A stretch of DNA of 64,000 bases from Candidatus Aenigmatarchaeota archaeon (GCA_016187385.1 JACPJU010000001.1:204010-268009), one strand, 5' to 3'. Numbered from the stretch's first letter, positions 27,306 through 36,515 are shown. Made by a program: numbers and translations. The notes: a model not told the origin generated them from the letters alone.

Positions 27306-27734
27306 ATGGCACTGCCAACCCTACCACAATTGCCTTTCGAGAGACAGGACGATAATGTCAAGGCACTGATTTCGGAACTTGTGAAAAGGATAAACGAGGA
27401 CGCCCGCAGAATAAGGGTTGTAGAGCAGAGGATGGACAGGTTGGACAATTCTATTTCCGCTCTGCAGGACGACACTTTGACTCAGCTCAGCGACTTGAAA
27501 GTTTTCCTTGACAAGATAAACAACAAAATAATCACAATGTCAGAAAAACTTGTTGGTATAGAAAGCGAAATTCTGAGGCTGAACAAGGAACTGACAAAAA
27601 CTGCAACCAAGAGGGAATTGAAAGAGATGGAGACTTTTATAGATCTTGTCAATCCTATAACATCAAAATTCGCCACAAGGGACGAAGTCGAAAGAATGAT
27701 TCAGGACAAGCTGGCAAAGAGCAAAAAGGCTTAG
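27306..27734 (+). CDS. Coiled-coil protein (paralog of 28528..29154)
   Basis: MALPTLPQLP N-terminus, heptad-rich remainder; shares MALP/ALPTL and coiled-coil layout with the downstream paralog. Confidence 0.4.
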   Translation: MALPTLPQLPFERQDDNVKALISELVKRINEDARRIRVVEQRMDRLDNSISALQDDTLTQLSDLKVFLDKINNKIITMSEKLVGIESEILRLNKELTKTATKRELKEMETFIDLVNPITSKFATRDEVERMIQDKLAKSKKA

Positions 27735-27789
27735 ACACGTTGGTAAGGAAATCTTTAAATATTCCTTACACTAATTTAATATAGATTAT

Positions 27790-28056
27790 ATGAAAAAATT
27801 TGAGTCAATTCTGACTAGCAAAGGTCAAATAACAATACCTAAGCCTATTAGAGAACATCTTGGATTAAAACCTGGTAAAAGAGTAGTTTTCATGCCAGAC
27901 GAAGATGAGGTTATTATGATGAAGGCAGGGCAGAGTCTTGTAGAAGGCTTAATGAAAATAAGGAAAGATTTAGAAAGGAAAGGCAAACTTTTCACAGAGG
28001 CAGAAATTAAAAGAATGATGAAAGAAGGTAAGAAGGAATGGAGTAAAGTTGAATGA
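27790..28056 (+). CDS. vapB: AbrB/SpoVT-family antitoxin (VapB-like)
   Basis: KGQITIPKPIREHLGLKPGKRV swapped-hairpin motif; 88 aa; 4-nt ATGA overlap with the PIN gene. Confidence 0.7.
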   Translation: MKKFESILTSKGQITIPKPIREHLGLKPGKRVVFMPDEDEVIMMKAGQSLVEGLMKIRKDLERKGKLFTEAEIKRMMKEGKKEWSKVE

Positions 28057-28454
28057 TCGGTTTGGATTCTTGGATTTTCTTAGAATTTTATACGAAGGGT
28101 AGAAAATGGTTAAAATGCGAGCAAGTAATTAAAAGCATTGATATAAAAGTAATTAGCACAGTAGTTTTGTTAGAAATAAAGTATAAGCTTGCTAAAGCTT
28201 TTGGAAAATTGGAAGCTAGAAAAGTTTTAAATAAAATAAAAGTTAACAAATCAATTTTGATAATAGATGTAGATGAAAAGGTCGCTGAAAAAGCCGCGAA
28301 CCTTAGATTGAAATACTATAAAAGTAATGTCACAGAACTTTCTTATGCTGACTGTATCCATCTATCCACAGCTATTCTTTCCAAGTGCAAGAAATTCTAT
28401 TCTGGCGACCCCGATTTTAAAGGAATAAATGAAATACCTATTGAAATTGTTTAG
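28053..28454 (+). CDS. vapC: PIN-domain ribonuclease toxin (VapC)
   Basis: Acidic residues in a PIN arrangement (GLDSWIF..., ...YADCIHLSTA..., ...SGDPDF); 133 aa. Confidence 0.7.
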   Translation: MIGLDSWIFLEFYTKGRKWLKCEQVIKSIDIKVISTVVLLEIKYKLAKAFGKLEARKVLNKIKVNKSILIIDVDEKVAEKAANLRLKYYKSNVTELSYADCIHLSTAILSKCKKFYSGDPDFKGINEIPIEIV

Positions 28455-28527
28455 GGCTTTATTGTTGATAAGTTGACGAAAGCTTAGATTTATGTTTAAC
28501 TAAAGGCAATTTATATAAAGTGAATTA

Positions 28528-29154
28528 ATGGCGCTTCCTTTCATGAAAAATAAGGGCAAAGGTTCTATACCTGCAGAGAGAGTAAGGGAATTAACAGGCA
28601 GGGGATTTTCTGAAGTTGAAGTTATTGATGTCCTGAGAAAGGAAGGTTACTCGCCAGACGAGATAGATGGTGGATTGACACAGTCAATGAAATTCAGTGC
28701 AACACAGCAGCCATCTAATGCAGAGCCCGCTTTGCCGACATTGGAAGAAATAACTGCGCAAGCCAGACAACCCCAGATGCCACAGCTGCCAGAGACTTCA
28801 TTGCCGGAAGGATACTACCAGCAGCAGAGTTATCCCGTCGAGGAGTATGTCGATTATATAGTGCAGGCGAGAATGGGCGAACTTATGCAGAAGATTACTG
28901 AATTCTCGGTTAGGACAGAGGAACTCGCGAAAAGGGTAGAAGATGTAAACAGCAGGATAAATGAGATAATGAATTTGAGAAATGCGGAACAGACGCAGAT
29001 CATAAGCAAGATAGACACATATGGTGAGAGCAATACTGGAGTAGAAACAAGACTCAGCGGACTGGAGAAAGCTTTCAAAGAGACACTACCGGCATTGATA
29101 GAATCTGTAAGGGCATTGACCGATCTCGTGAACAGGATGAAGAGAGAAGCTTAA
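28528..29154 (+). CDS. Coiled-coil protein (paralog of 27306..27734)
   Basis: MALPF N-terminus, internal EPALPTLEEI, Q/P-rich linker, C-terminal coiled coil. Confidence 0.4.
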   Translation: MALPFMKNKGKGSIPAERVRELTGRGFSEVEVIDVLRKEGYSPDEIDGGLTQSMKFSATQQPSNAEPALPTLEEITAQARQPQMPQLPETSLPEGYYQQQSYPVEEYVDYIVQARMGELMQKITEFSVRTEELAKRVEDVNSRINEIMNLRNAEQTQIISKIDTYGESNTGVETRLSGLEKAFKETLPALIESVRALTDLVNRMKREA

Positions 29155-29184
29155 TAGCGTGAAATTAGATTATAATTAGATAGC

Positions 29185-29688
29185 ATGGCAATTCCTATCG
29201 AAACTTTTCTTTCGCCGCAAATGGTTCAATATCTGGTAACTCTGATAATTCCGTTCGTGCTTTTGTTTTCTGTATTGTTTGTCGGATTGAGGATGACTCG
29301 CATATTCGGCGACAACAATCCCATTTATCTTATTCTCTCATTGGGGTTCGTAATAATGATTTATGCCGTCCAACCAGATACATTCGCGTTTCTTGCAGGC
29401 TATTTGTTCCAGATTGGGGTGATGAACAGTATACTCGTCTTGTTGGGATTTATTGCGCTCGTTTTCTGGTTTTTGATAAGGAAGAGTGTAAGCTGGGCGG
29501 CATCTTTGAAAGGCGACGAACAGAAATTGGAGGATCTGAGAAAACTTGAATCAAAGTTATTGTTGAAATTGTACAATGAAAGAAACATGGAGAAGAAAAT
29601 ACAGGTGGAGAGCAAGCTGACTGAAGTCCAGAGAGAAATGAAGATATTGAGCTTGAAGCTCAGCTCAAAACTCAAACGGTATGCTTAA
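29185..29688 (+). CDS. Membrane protein, tandem paralog family member 1 (TM + coiled-coil tail)
   Basis: Shares the LxxLxxPFVLxxxVLxxxLRxTxIFGD N-terminal block with the next three genes. Confidence 0.5.
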   Translation: MAIPIETFLSPQMVQYLVTLIIPFVLLFSVLFVGLRMTRIFGDNNPIYLILSLGFVIMIYAVQPDTFAFLAGYLFQIGVMNSILVLLGFIALVFWFLIRKSVSWAASLKGDEQKLEDLRKLESKLLLKLYNERNMEKKIQVESKLTEVQREMKILSLKLSSKLKRYA

Positions 29689-29720
29689 ATTTCTACAAAC
29701 CGAATTATGTTTAAGATAGA

Positions 29721-30257
29721 ATGGTCAATGTATTTCAAATAGTCGCCGAGAAGCTTGTCGAGCTTGGATTTTACAACTTCTTCCTACCGTTTGTTTTGTT
29801 CTCGACAGTTCTTTATGCGATGTTGAGACAGACCAAAGTTCTCGGAGATTCGCCTACGATTCTTGGCATTGTTGCTATAAGCGTTGGCTTGTTTGTTTTC
29901 GGCCTGCCTGTAATTATTGGCGTTGGAGTTGCCCCTGAACTGACTGGATTTTTCGGTCAGATGTCTGTCATCCTTATTGTGTTTGTGTTTGGTCTTCTCA
30001 TAGCCAGCTTCTTCTATCCGAATTTGATGGAACGACTGCCGGATTTGGTCAAGGGCGGAGGACCTCTGCAGTTTCTAGTCTGGGCTGTTGTGGCATTCGC
30101 CGCATTGTTCGGACTTTTCAATTTCGCGGGGAACTTTATCAATTTTGTCGTAAAGACTACCAGTCTTCAACCTGACTTGCTGACAATCACAGGCGTCATC
30201 ATGGCTGTTTTAATCATATTCCTGCTAATAACTATAGGGGGAGGAAGAGGTGGATAA
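29721..30257 (+). CDS. Membrane protein, tandem paralog family member 2
   Basis: VAEKLVELGFYNFFLPFVLFSTVLYAMLRQTKVLGD; about 5 TM helices. Confidence 0.5.
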   Translation: MVNVFQIVAEKLVELGFYNFFLPFVLFSTVLYAMLRQTKVLGDSPTILGIVAISVGLFVFGLPVIIGVGVAPELTGFFGQMSVILIVFVFGLLIASFFYPNLMERLPDLVKGGGPLQFLVWAVVAFAALFGLFNFAGNFINFVVKTTSLQPDLLTITGVIMAVLIIFLLITIGGGRGG

Positions 30258-30796
30258 TGGCATCGCTTTTTGAAATAGCAATTTTGAAGCTCAAGGAGCT
30301 GGGTTTCTTCAATTTCCTCCTTCCGTTCATTTTGACAGCGGCTATCATTTATGGCGGATTGAGGCGCGCCAAGATATTCGGAGATCCTGACGCGAACATG
30401 GCTGTTAATGCGATTGTTGCTTTTGTTGTCAGCTTGTTCGTATGGGCCGCGCCTATAATTCTAGGTGTTGACATAGAGGGAAAATTGGCGTCATTCTTCA
30501 TCCAGGGGTTTAGTGTGTCGTTGATTGTATTGGTTGGGCTTATATTCGCTGGGATGTTCTTCAAGCCTGACCTAGCAGGTGACTTGAGCGACAAGATAAA
30601 ATCAACTTACTTCTGGGGAGCTATCCTGATTATTTCTTTGATGGTCGCTGTAGTTATTTTTATTTCAAGTGGGCTGGCGACTGTCCTGTTTCCGAAAGGC
30701 ACTGGATTCACAATTCCGCCAGATACATTTATAACCGTAGGAGTACTATTTTTATTAGCAATAAGCGTTGCTGTGATAGTCAGGTCGGGTAAATGA
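30257..30796 (+). CDS. Membrane protein, tandem paralog family member 3
   Basis: ILKLKELGFFNFLLPFILTAAIIYGGLRRAKIFGD; start overlaps the previous stop by 1 nt. Confidence 0.5.
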   Translation: MASLFEIAILKLKELGFFNFLLPFILTAAIIYGGLRRAKIFGDPDANMAVNAIVAFVVSLFVWAAPIILGVDIEGKLASFFIQGFSVSLIVLVGLIFAGMFFKPDLAGDLSDKIKSTYFWGAILIISLMVAVVIFISSGLATVLFPKGTGFTIPPDTFITVGVLFLLAISVAVIVRSGK

Positions 30797-31746
30797 GAAA
30801 TGAAATCAAGGCAATTGGTTTTGTATTTGTCGTAAGTCTGCTGATGTTTTCTACTGTCGCTTTTGCCCAGGTAAGGACTTTTCAGGATCTGATTAATGCG
30901 GGAAAGAAGATTGGAATTTTCGATTTCTTTTTCCCATTTTTGATGGCTTTTGCCGTGTTTTATGGTCTTATAGTCAAGAGTACTATTTTCGGGCCATCAA
31001 CTGACAAAGGAGCTAAGACAATAGGTCTTTTCATAGCGTTGGCTGCTGCTGGATTTGTAGTCACTTATACACCCATAGGGTTTTCTCTGGCGCAGTTTCT
31101 GACACAATTCGCGACTAATGCTTTCGTGGCGATACTCGCAACAATTGTTTTTCTTCTATTTGTAACTATGTTTGCGAGTGCTAGTCATGGTTTATTTAAC
31201 ACCGAGATTTTTAAAAACATGTCAATTCCATTAGTCATCGTAATTCTGCTTATTAGTTTTGGTATATATTTTCAGGCAGGCGGCTCTAGAATATTTCCGG
31301 GACTGGCAACCATATTCAACATACCTCTCGAGACGGTTGTAATAGTCGTGGGTATAGTGTTGTTCATTGTCGCTCTCATTTTGCTGATTGTTACAGGTGG
31401 TGGAACTCCTGCAGCTCCTGCTCCTCCTGTTCCATCTGATGCAAGACTTAAGCAGGACATAATGCCATTAACGAACACGTTGAAAAAATTGAAGAACATT
31501 GATGGTGTTTATTTCAGATGGAACAAGAATAATCGGTTCAATAAAAGCGGTAAGAAGGAAATCGGTGTGATTGCCCAGGATGTTGAAAAGGAATTTCCTG
31601 AGCTTGTTTCCAAAGGAAGCGACGGTTACAGAATGGTTGATTACAGCAAACTGTCAGCCGTGCTTCTGCAGGCCGTAAAGGATCAACAGAAACAGATTGA
31701 AAATCTCAAGTCTAAGATTTCTAAGCTAGAATCAAGATTGAATTAA
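30793..31746 (+). CDS. Membrane protein, paralog family member 4, with C-terminal peptidase S74-type intramolecular chaperone (phage tailspike/endosialidase auto-processing) domain
   Basis: C-terminal SDARLKQDIMPLTNTLKKLKNIDGVYFRWNK...EIGVIAQDVEKEFPELV...DGYRMVDYSKL...LLQAVKDQQKQIENL matches the S74 chaperone consensus (SDxRLKxNI...GVxYxW...IGxIAQEVxxxxPELV...YxxVDYxxL). Confidence 0.65.
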   Translation: MRNEIKAIGFVFVVSLLMFSTVAFAQVRTFQDLINAGKKIGIFDFFFPFLMAFAVFYGLIVKSTIFGPSTDKGAKTIGLFIALAAAGFVVTYTPIGFSLAQFLTQFATNAFVAILATIVFLLFVTMFASASHGLFNTEIFKNMSIPLVIVILLISFGIYFQAGGSRIFPGLATIFNIPLETVVIVVGIVLFIVALILLIVTGGGTPAAPAPPVPSDARLKQDIMPLTNTLKKLKNIDGVYFRWNKNNRFNKSGKKEIGVIAQDVEKEFPELVSKGSDGYRMVDYSKLSAVLLQAVKDQQKQIENLKSKISKLESRLN

Positions 31747-31788
31747 GTTGACAAAATCTTTAAATCAGTTTGTGGTAGTATAGTTAAT

Positions 31789-32475
31789 ATGGCTGTAGAT
31801 GTTACTACATTAGAAAAGGACTTGTATCCCAGAATAGATTTTAGCGATGTGAGACATCTGGCTAGTGAACACATCGTCAAACCTATTGCCAACGGCGTCA
31901 AGACCGTCACTGATTATCTAGGAAGATTTACCAGAAAAGGCGTGGAAGTCTATAATTACTTGACAAGATGGGTGACATACAAACCTACCAGACAAAGAGA
32001 GGAAATTGGAGGTACTTATGAAAACGGCAATCACAGAATAGAATTAAATACACATCATTTGCTTGGGGACGGATATAGAGGTTTTGGTGAACAAGCCGCT
32101 ATTCACGAAGCAGGCCATGCTGGAATGGAAGCGACAGGAGCGAATCAGATTTATACACAAGCCGCACGTGAGTATTACGCCGATGTTTTTTCAGAAAGAT
32201 ACGGTGAAAAGTTCAGAGAACTTGGTTCTGAAGTTGGAATGTATATTGCGAACAGGATGTTGGAAGGTCTTACATCCGCCATGACAGAAGAAGCAAGCGA
32301 CTCTCCGAGTTTGGACGCGTATGTTCCAGAAAGATATGCGGCCTATAATGTCATTAATAGAGTTGGCAGAGAGTCTGCGTTTTCACCGACGATGGAAGAC
32401 GCCAAAAGAATTGTTCCCATGTATGTGGAAGAATTAACGAAGATTAGCTATCGCGATTCTCTGTATTCAGAGTGA
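31789..32475 (+). CDS. Hypothetical protein with HExxH metallopeptidase-like motif
   Basis: AAIHEAGHAGMEA; family not recognised. Confidence 0.35.
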   Translation: MAVDVTTLEKDLYPRIDFSDVRHLASEHIVKPIANGVKTVTDYLGRFTRKGVEVYNYLTRWVTYKPTRQREEIGGTYENGNHRIELNTHHLLGDGYRGFGEQAAIHEAGHAGMEATGANQIYTQAAREYYADVFSERYGEKFRELGSEVGMYIANRMLEGLTSAMTEEASDSPSLDAYVPERYAAYNVINRVGRESAFSPTMEDAKRIVPMYVEELTKISYRDSLYSE

Positions 32476-33205
32476 TTAAATATTCTTCTTCTGTGAAATG
32501 AAGCTTTCCTGGTACAATAATCACGGCTGGCGTTTCTGTTCTATTTCTCATTAGATTAACGACATCATCATAAATTACTAGAGAATTGTCACTACCTGCT
32601 TTAGCAAAAACTATTATCTTGTCAGTTTCCTTCACGATATTTCTGTCTAATAAAATTTTTAATGCAATACCCACGTCCATGTATCTGTTTTCTTCCGCGG
32701 CCACATCCAGCAAGCACAATGTGTGCAATTCCCTTTTCTTGTTTTCTTCGATGATTTCGAAAATGGATTCTGGCGGTTTGCCTTTTGTTTTCTCTGGGAA
32801 AGGTATTGTAACCATCTGGCCGAATTTATACATGTGAAGACCTGTTTCTCCTATTGCCGATACTATGGAAGCATTGTGTATCACTTTGGTCTTTATTCCG
32901 AGTTTTCTTGCTTCTGAAATTAGAGAAGAATGAGTTGTAGCGACTAGAGGATCGCCTTGGATCAAGATTGATATTTTTTGTTTTTTTGATTCTTCGATAA
33001 TCTTTCCGGAGTTTTCCTCCAAATCACTCCTTTTCAATTCAACGATTTTCTTCCCAACAATTTTTTCCAGATTATCCAAATTCCCGAACCACTTGCCAGT
33101 ATAGAGTTCTATATACACGTTGTCGGAATTTCTAGCTTCTTCTACGGCCTTCAGCGACAAATCTTTTTCCGAGTGCAGACCGAGTCCGATTAATGTCAAG
33201 GTCAT
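32444..33205 (-). CDS. dph5: Diphthine synthase
   Basis: MTLTLIGLGLHSEKDLSLKAVEEARNSDNVYIELYTGKW tetrapyrrole-methylase fold N-terminus typical of Dph5. Confidence 0.8.
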   Translation of the reverse strand: MTLTLIGLGLHSEKDLSLKAVEEARNSDNVYIELYTGKWFGNLDNLEKIVGKKIVELKRSDLEENSGKIIEESKKQKISILIQGDPLVATTHSSLISEARKLGIKTKVIHNASIVSAIGETGLHMYKFGQMVTIPFPEKTKGKPPESIFEIIEENKKRELHTLCLLDVAAEENRYMDVGIALKILLDRNIVKETDKIIVFAKAGSDNSLVIYDDVVNLMRNRTETPAVIIVPGKLHFTEEEYLITLNTENRDS

Positions 33206-33233
33206 AAACAGAATTCAGATGATAAAGATAAAA

Positions 33234-33962
33234 CTACCATAGACCTGTCAGTCTACCTATGACGTAACCTGCTGCGCCGTATGTTGCCAATTCAGCTCCC
33301 GTACCCGCAATTATCCCACCTACATGACCCAGTCGCGGTGAGGTCACATCATATACAAAGTTGCGTATTTGTCTGCCAGGCCAAGTTACTGTATTCCATA
33401 CTTCATTTCTATAAGTGTAGGCAAGCACAGCCACTCCAGGCAACATAAACATCGATGGTCTTTCAAGAAGGAGTCTTGATGTAGGGTCGTTTGTAAAAGT
33501 CGGTAATAGAGTTCTGTCCAGAAAATGTTCGAGACCAGAAGCGAGACCGCTAGTTGCGTAAACTGCCGGTAGCATTTTCAATAGACCCAGTACATTTTCA
33601 CCAAGATTTCTTTGAGTCAATCCAGAAAATGATCTCGCGTAAAGAGGAGATGCGAATGTGTCCATGATAACTGGATAAAGCCCCATGTAGCCTCCTATGA
33701 GAGCTCCTTCGCCAGTTCTGTCCCAGAAAGATTGCGGGATATTATTAGGATGGGAGTATCCAGGTACAAGTGGTGTGGGTGTCTCATATGGAGGGATTTT
33801 GTAACCTCGTCCCCAGCTTGCTTTGAGCGCATCTGTAAACCCGCCAGCTGAAGCTCCAAGAGGCATACTGAAAGCGTACAATATTCTGACTAGCGGATCC
33901 GCCAATCTTCCTCTCAGGCGGTCTAACATACCTTGTGGTGCTGGTGGAATTGGAACTGCCAT
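33234..33962 (-). CDS. Hypothetical G/A/P/L/Y-rich protein, compositionally atypical
   Basis: 242 aa, few Lys/Glu compared with the K/E-rich neighbours; DNA visibly more GC-rich than flanks. Confidence 0.4.
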   Translation of the reverse strand: MAVPIPPAPQGMLDRLRGRLADPLVRILYAFSMPLGASAGGFTDALKASWGRGYKIPPYETPTPLVPGYSHPNNIPQSFWDRTGEGALIGGYMGLYPVIMDTFASPLYARSFSGLTQRNLGENVLGLLKMLPAVYATSGLASGLEHFLDRTLLPTFTNDPTSRLLLERPSMFMLPGVAVLAYTYRNEVWNTVTWPGRQIRNFVYDVTSPRLGHVGGIIAGTGAELATYGAAGYVIGRLTGLW

Positions 33963-34046
33963 ATATACACTACTTATAAGTAACAGATTTAAACGTTTCT
34001 ATCAAGACACATAAAAGACTTAATCATACAAAGAAAATCTTTAACA

Positions 34047-34388
34047 ATGCAGAGTGCTCTCAAATACGGCATGTGGTTTTTGCTCGCCATCATTGGTGCA
34101 GTGATAACATTCTATGTTTTCGGCGTGGAATTGCCGGTTTATCTGATTCTCGGGACAACTGGTCTTTACTTTTACATCTACTCTAAAAACCCGTTTGTGA
34201 AATTATTCAGCGGTTGGATTGGGAGGATTTCCATAGTTCTGTTCATTATCAGCCTTTTCTATTACTTTGGGACAAACACATTCTTTCCAGACAATCCTGT
34301 AAATTTCAGGTTTCTTTCAGTTGGCATAGCCTTCATTAACGAACAGTCGGAGAGACTCGGTGAAATTGTTTTAAACTTGATTGGATAA
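34047..34388 (+). CDS. Small membrane protein
   Basis: 113 aa, three hydrophobic helices. Confidence 0.4.
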   Translation: MQSALKYGMWFLLAIIGAVITFYVFGVELPVYLILGTTGLYFYIYSKNPFVKLFSGWIGRISIVLFIISLFYYFGTNTFFPDNPVNFRFLSVGIAFINEQSERLGEIVLNLIG

Positions 34389-34397
34389 GGATGCTTC

Positions 34398-35249
34398 ATG
34401 AGACCTTTGGCTAGGATTCTCCAAGGCAAGATGACAGAGGAACAGTTGGAACTTGTGCCGAGAAGTTATGATGTTGTCGGCTCAAAGGAAAAATCCGTGG
34501 CGATAATAGAGGTATCAGAGGAACTAGACAAGAAGAAAAAGGTAATAGCGAAAGCTTTGATGAAACTTAACCGGAATGTGAAATCTGTTCTGAATAAAAC
34601 CTCAGGAAGAAAAGGGGCTTACAGATTGAGTGATATGGAATTGGTAGGCGGAAACAAAGATACAGAAGTTCTCCACAAGGAATATGGATATTCATTGAAG
34701 TTGAATCCAAGAAAAGTTTATTTTTCGCCGAGGGAGATGACTGAAAGAGAGAGGATTGCATCCCAAGTAAAACCAAATGAAACTGTTGTTGTGTTTTTTT
34801 CTGGAGTCTCTCCATATGCAGTTGCAATAGCGAAAAAACAGCCGTCCATCAATAAAATTTATTCGATTGAAATCAATCCAGACGCTCACAAATATGCGGA
34901 AGAAAATGTAAGAATTAACAAACTGTCGCACAAGATTGTTCTGATAAATGACGATGTAAGAAAATTCTGCGAAAGTACTGACATTAAATTTGACAGGATT
35001 GTAATGCCGATTGCAATTGGTGGTGAAGATTATCTGGACTTTGCATTTAAGATTGTTAAGAACAATGGAATGATTCACTTTTACTCGACGGGAAATGTTA
35101 ATGACATGTTTTCAAAAGCTGAAGAACTTATTAAAGAAATCGCAAAGAAAAATAAAAGGAAGATTAAAATAGAAAAGAGAGTAAAGGTACTCCCATTCGG
35201 AGTTAAGAGTTACAAGATTTGCATTGATATTAAAGCAGGGGTCGCCTAG
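34398..35249 (+). CDS. Trm5/Taw2-like class I SAM methyltransferase (tRNA m1G37 family)
   Basis: Met-10+-like layout with VVVFFSGVSPYAV...IEINPDAHKYAEENV; the 3' end overlaps the first 16 nt of the downstream tRNA. Confidence 0.6.
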   Translation: MRPLARILQGKMTEEQLELVPRSYDVVGSKEKSVAIIEVSEELDKKKKVIAKALMKLNRNVKSVLNKTSGRKGAYRLSDMELVGGNKDTEVLHKEYGYSLKLNPRKVYFSPREMTERERIASQVKPNETVVVFFSGVSPYAVAIAKKQPSINKIYSIEINPDAHKYAEENVRINKLSHKIVLINDDVRKFCESTDIKFDRIVMPIAIGGEDYLDFAFKIVKNNGMIHFYSTGNVNDMFSKAEELIKEIAKKNKRKIKIEKRVKVLPFGVKSYKICIDIKAGVA

Positions 35250-35329
35250 TCTGGTCAATTAAACAGAAAATGGCGTCAGCTTCAGGGGCTGATGGCTTAG
35301 TGCCTTCGAGAGTTCAAATCTCTCCCCCT
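35234..35329 (+). tRNA. tRNA-Leu (CAG), class II, with ~12-nt insertion in D-loop (probable non-canonical intron)
   Basis: GCAGGGG-TC-GCC-TAGTCTGGTCAA[TTAAACAGAAAA]T-GGC-G-TCAGC-TTCAGGG-GCTGA-TGGCTTAGTGCCTTC-GAGAG-TTCAAAT-CTCTC-CCCCTGC-A. Acceptor 7/7 and a long variable arm. Confidence 0.65.
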
Positions 35330-35351
35330 GCATAAGTTTAAAATCTAAAAA

Positions 35352-36515
35352 TTGAATAGTGATGTTATGGTAAATTTAGAAATTCTCTCCTTGTTCATTT
35401 TCGCTGCGACTGTCGGGATTCTTCTGTTGCGAGACAGAAAAAACATCAAGTTCCATTACGGGATAATAATCAGGCGGTGGACTGAAGGAGTTCACTTGAT
35501 TGACAAGCTGGTCAGTAAATATCCCAAGCTCATAACAACTCTAGGCAACTTCGGGGTTGGCATGGGATTTATTGCTGGCATTGGAGGCGTTATTCTACTT
35601 TTGGTTTTGACGGCGAGCCTTCAGCAATCGTTCGCATTGGTTCTGCCAACCGCAGGCGGATACAAGATACCGGGTCCTGTTATTTCAGTTCCTTTCTGGT
35701 ACTGGCTGATTGCGATATTCATTATAGCGGCCACGCACGAAACAATGCATGCTATTTTTGTCCGGCTGGAAAAAGTGCCTTTGAAAAATTACGGAATATT
35801 GATGCTTCTATTCCTTCCGATAGGCGCGTTTGTCGATCCCGATGACAAGAAAATCAGAAGACTTTCTCCGGCGAAAAAACTCAGGATATTTGCTGCGGGA
35901 AGCTTTGCGAATTTCGTCACGGCCATTCTTGCCATAGGACTGTTCATATCGGGTGTGTATTTGTTCGCTTCAACAACAAAGACTTCAGGCGTAATCATAG
36001 ATTCCATAGATGAAAATTCTCCAGCATCTGAAGCCAATCTGGAAGGCGTTATCGTGAAAGTCAACGACGAGAAAGTGAGCAATGTCGTGGACTTTGTGAA
36101 CGCATTGAACAATAGCCATCCAGGAGATGGGGTGACATTTACAACAGACAAAGGTGTCTATAACATAAATCTGGCTGAGAATCCTGAAGACAATAATAAA
36201 ACATACATAGGAGTCAAGATCAGGAACATGTATGAATACAACGCATTAGGCATAGGAGGCCAGGTACCGTCGCCTGTGATATATGCATTCTTCGCTGTCA
36301 TGTCATTCCTGAACTGGCTGTTCCTGATAAGTCTTGGTGTCGGAATTGTGAACATGCTTCCCATGAAGCCGTTGGACGGTGGATTGTTTTTTGGGGAAAT
36401 ATTGACCAGGATGTTTCCAAACAAAGGAGCTATGATGATGAATATCCTGAGCATTCTGATGGCTGGAATTATCGTATTCAACCTTTTCGGGATTCAGCTG
36501 ATAAAGGCTCTCTGA
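35352..36515 (+). CDS. Site-2 protease (peptidase M50) with PDZ domain
   Basis: HETMHAIF HExxH in a TM helix, a second LDGG motif, PDZ-like central region. Confidence 0.8.
   Translation: MNSDVMVNLEILSLFIFAATVGILLLRDRKNIKFHYGIIIRRWTEGVHLIDKLVSKYPKLITTLGNFGVGMGFIAGIGGVILLLVLTASLQQSFALVLPTAGGYKIPGPVISVPFWYWLIAIFIIAATHETMHAIFVRLEKVPLKNYGILMLLFLPIGAFVDPDDKKIRRLSPAKKLRIFAAGSFANFVTAILAIGLFISGVYLFASTTKTSGVIIDSIDENSPASEANLEGVIVKVNDEKVSNVVDFVNALNNSHPGDGVTFTTDKGVYNINLAENPEDNNKTYIGVKIRNMYEYNALGIGGQVPSPVIYAFFAVMSFLNWLFLISLGVGIVNMLPMKPLDGGLFFGEILTRMFPNKGAMMMNILSILMAGIIVFNLFGIQLIKAL

Noticed and set aside
34567-35078. Minus-strand ORFs (86 and 128 aa) within the Trm5-like gene
   Set aside because: Antisense to a methyltransferase with a clear Rossmann motif.
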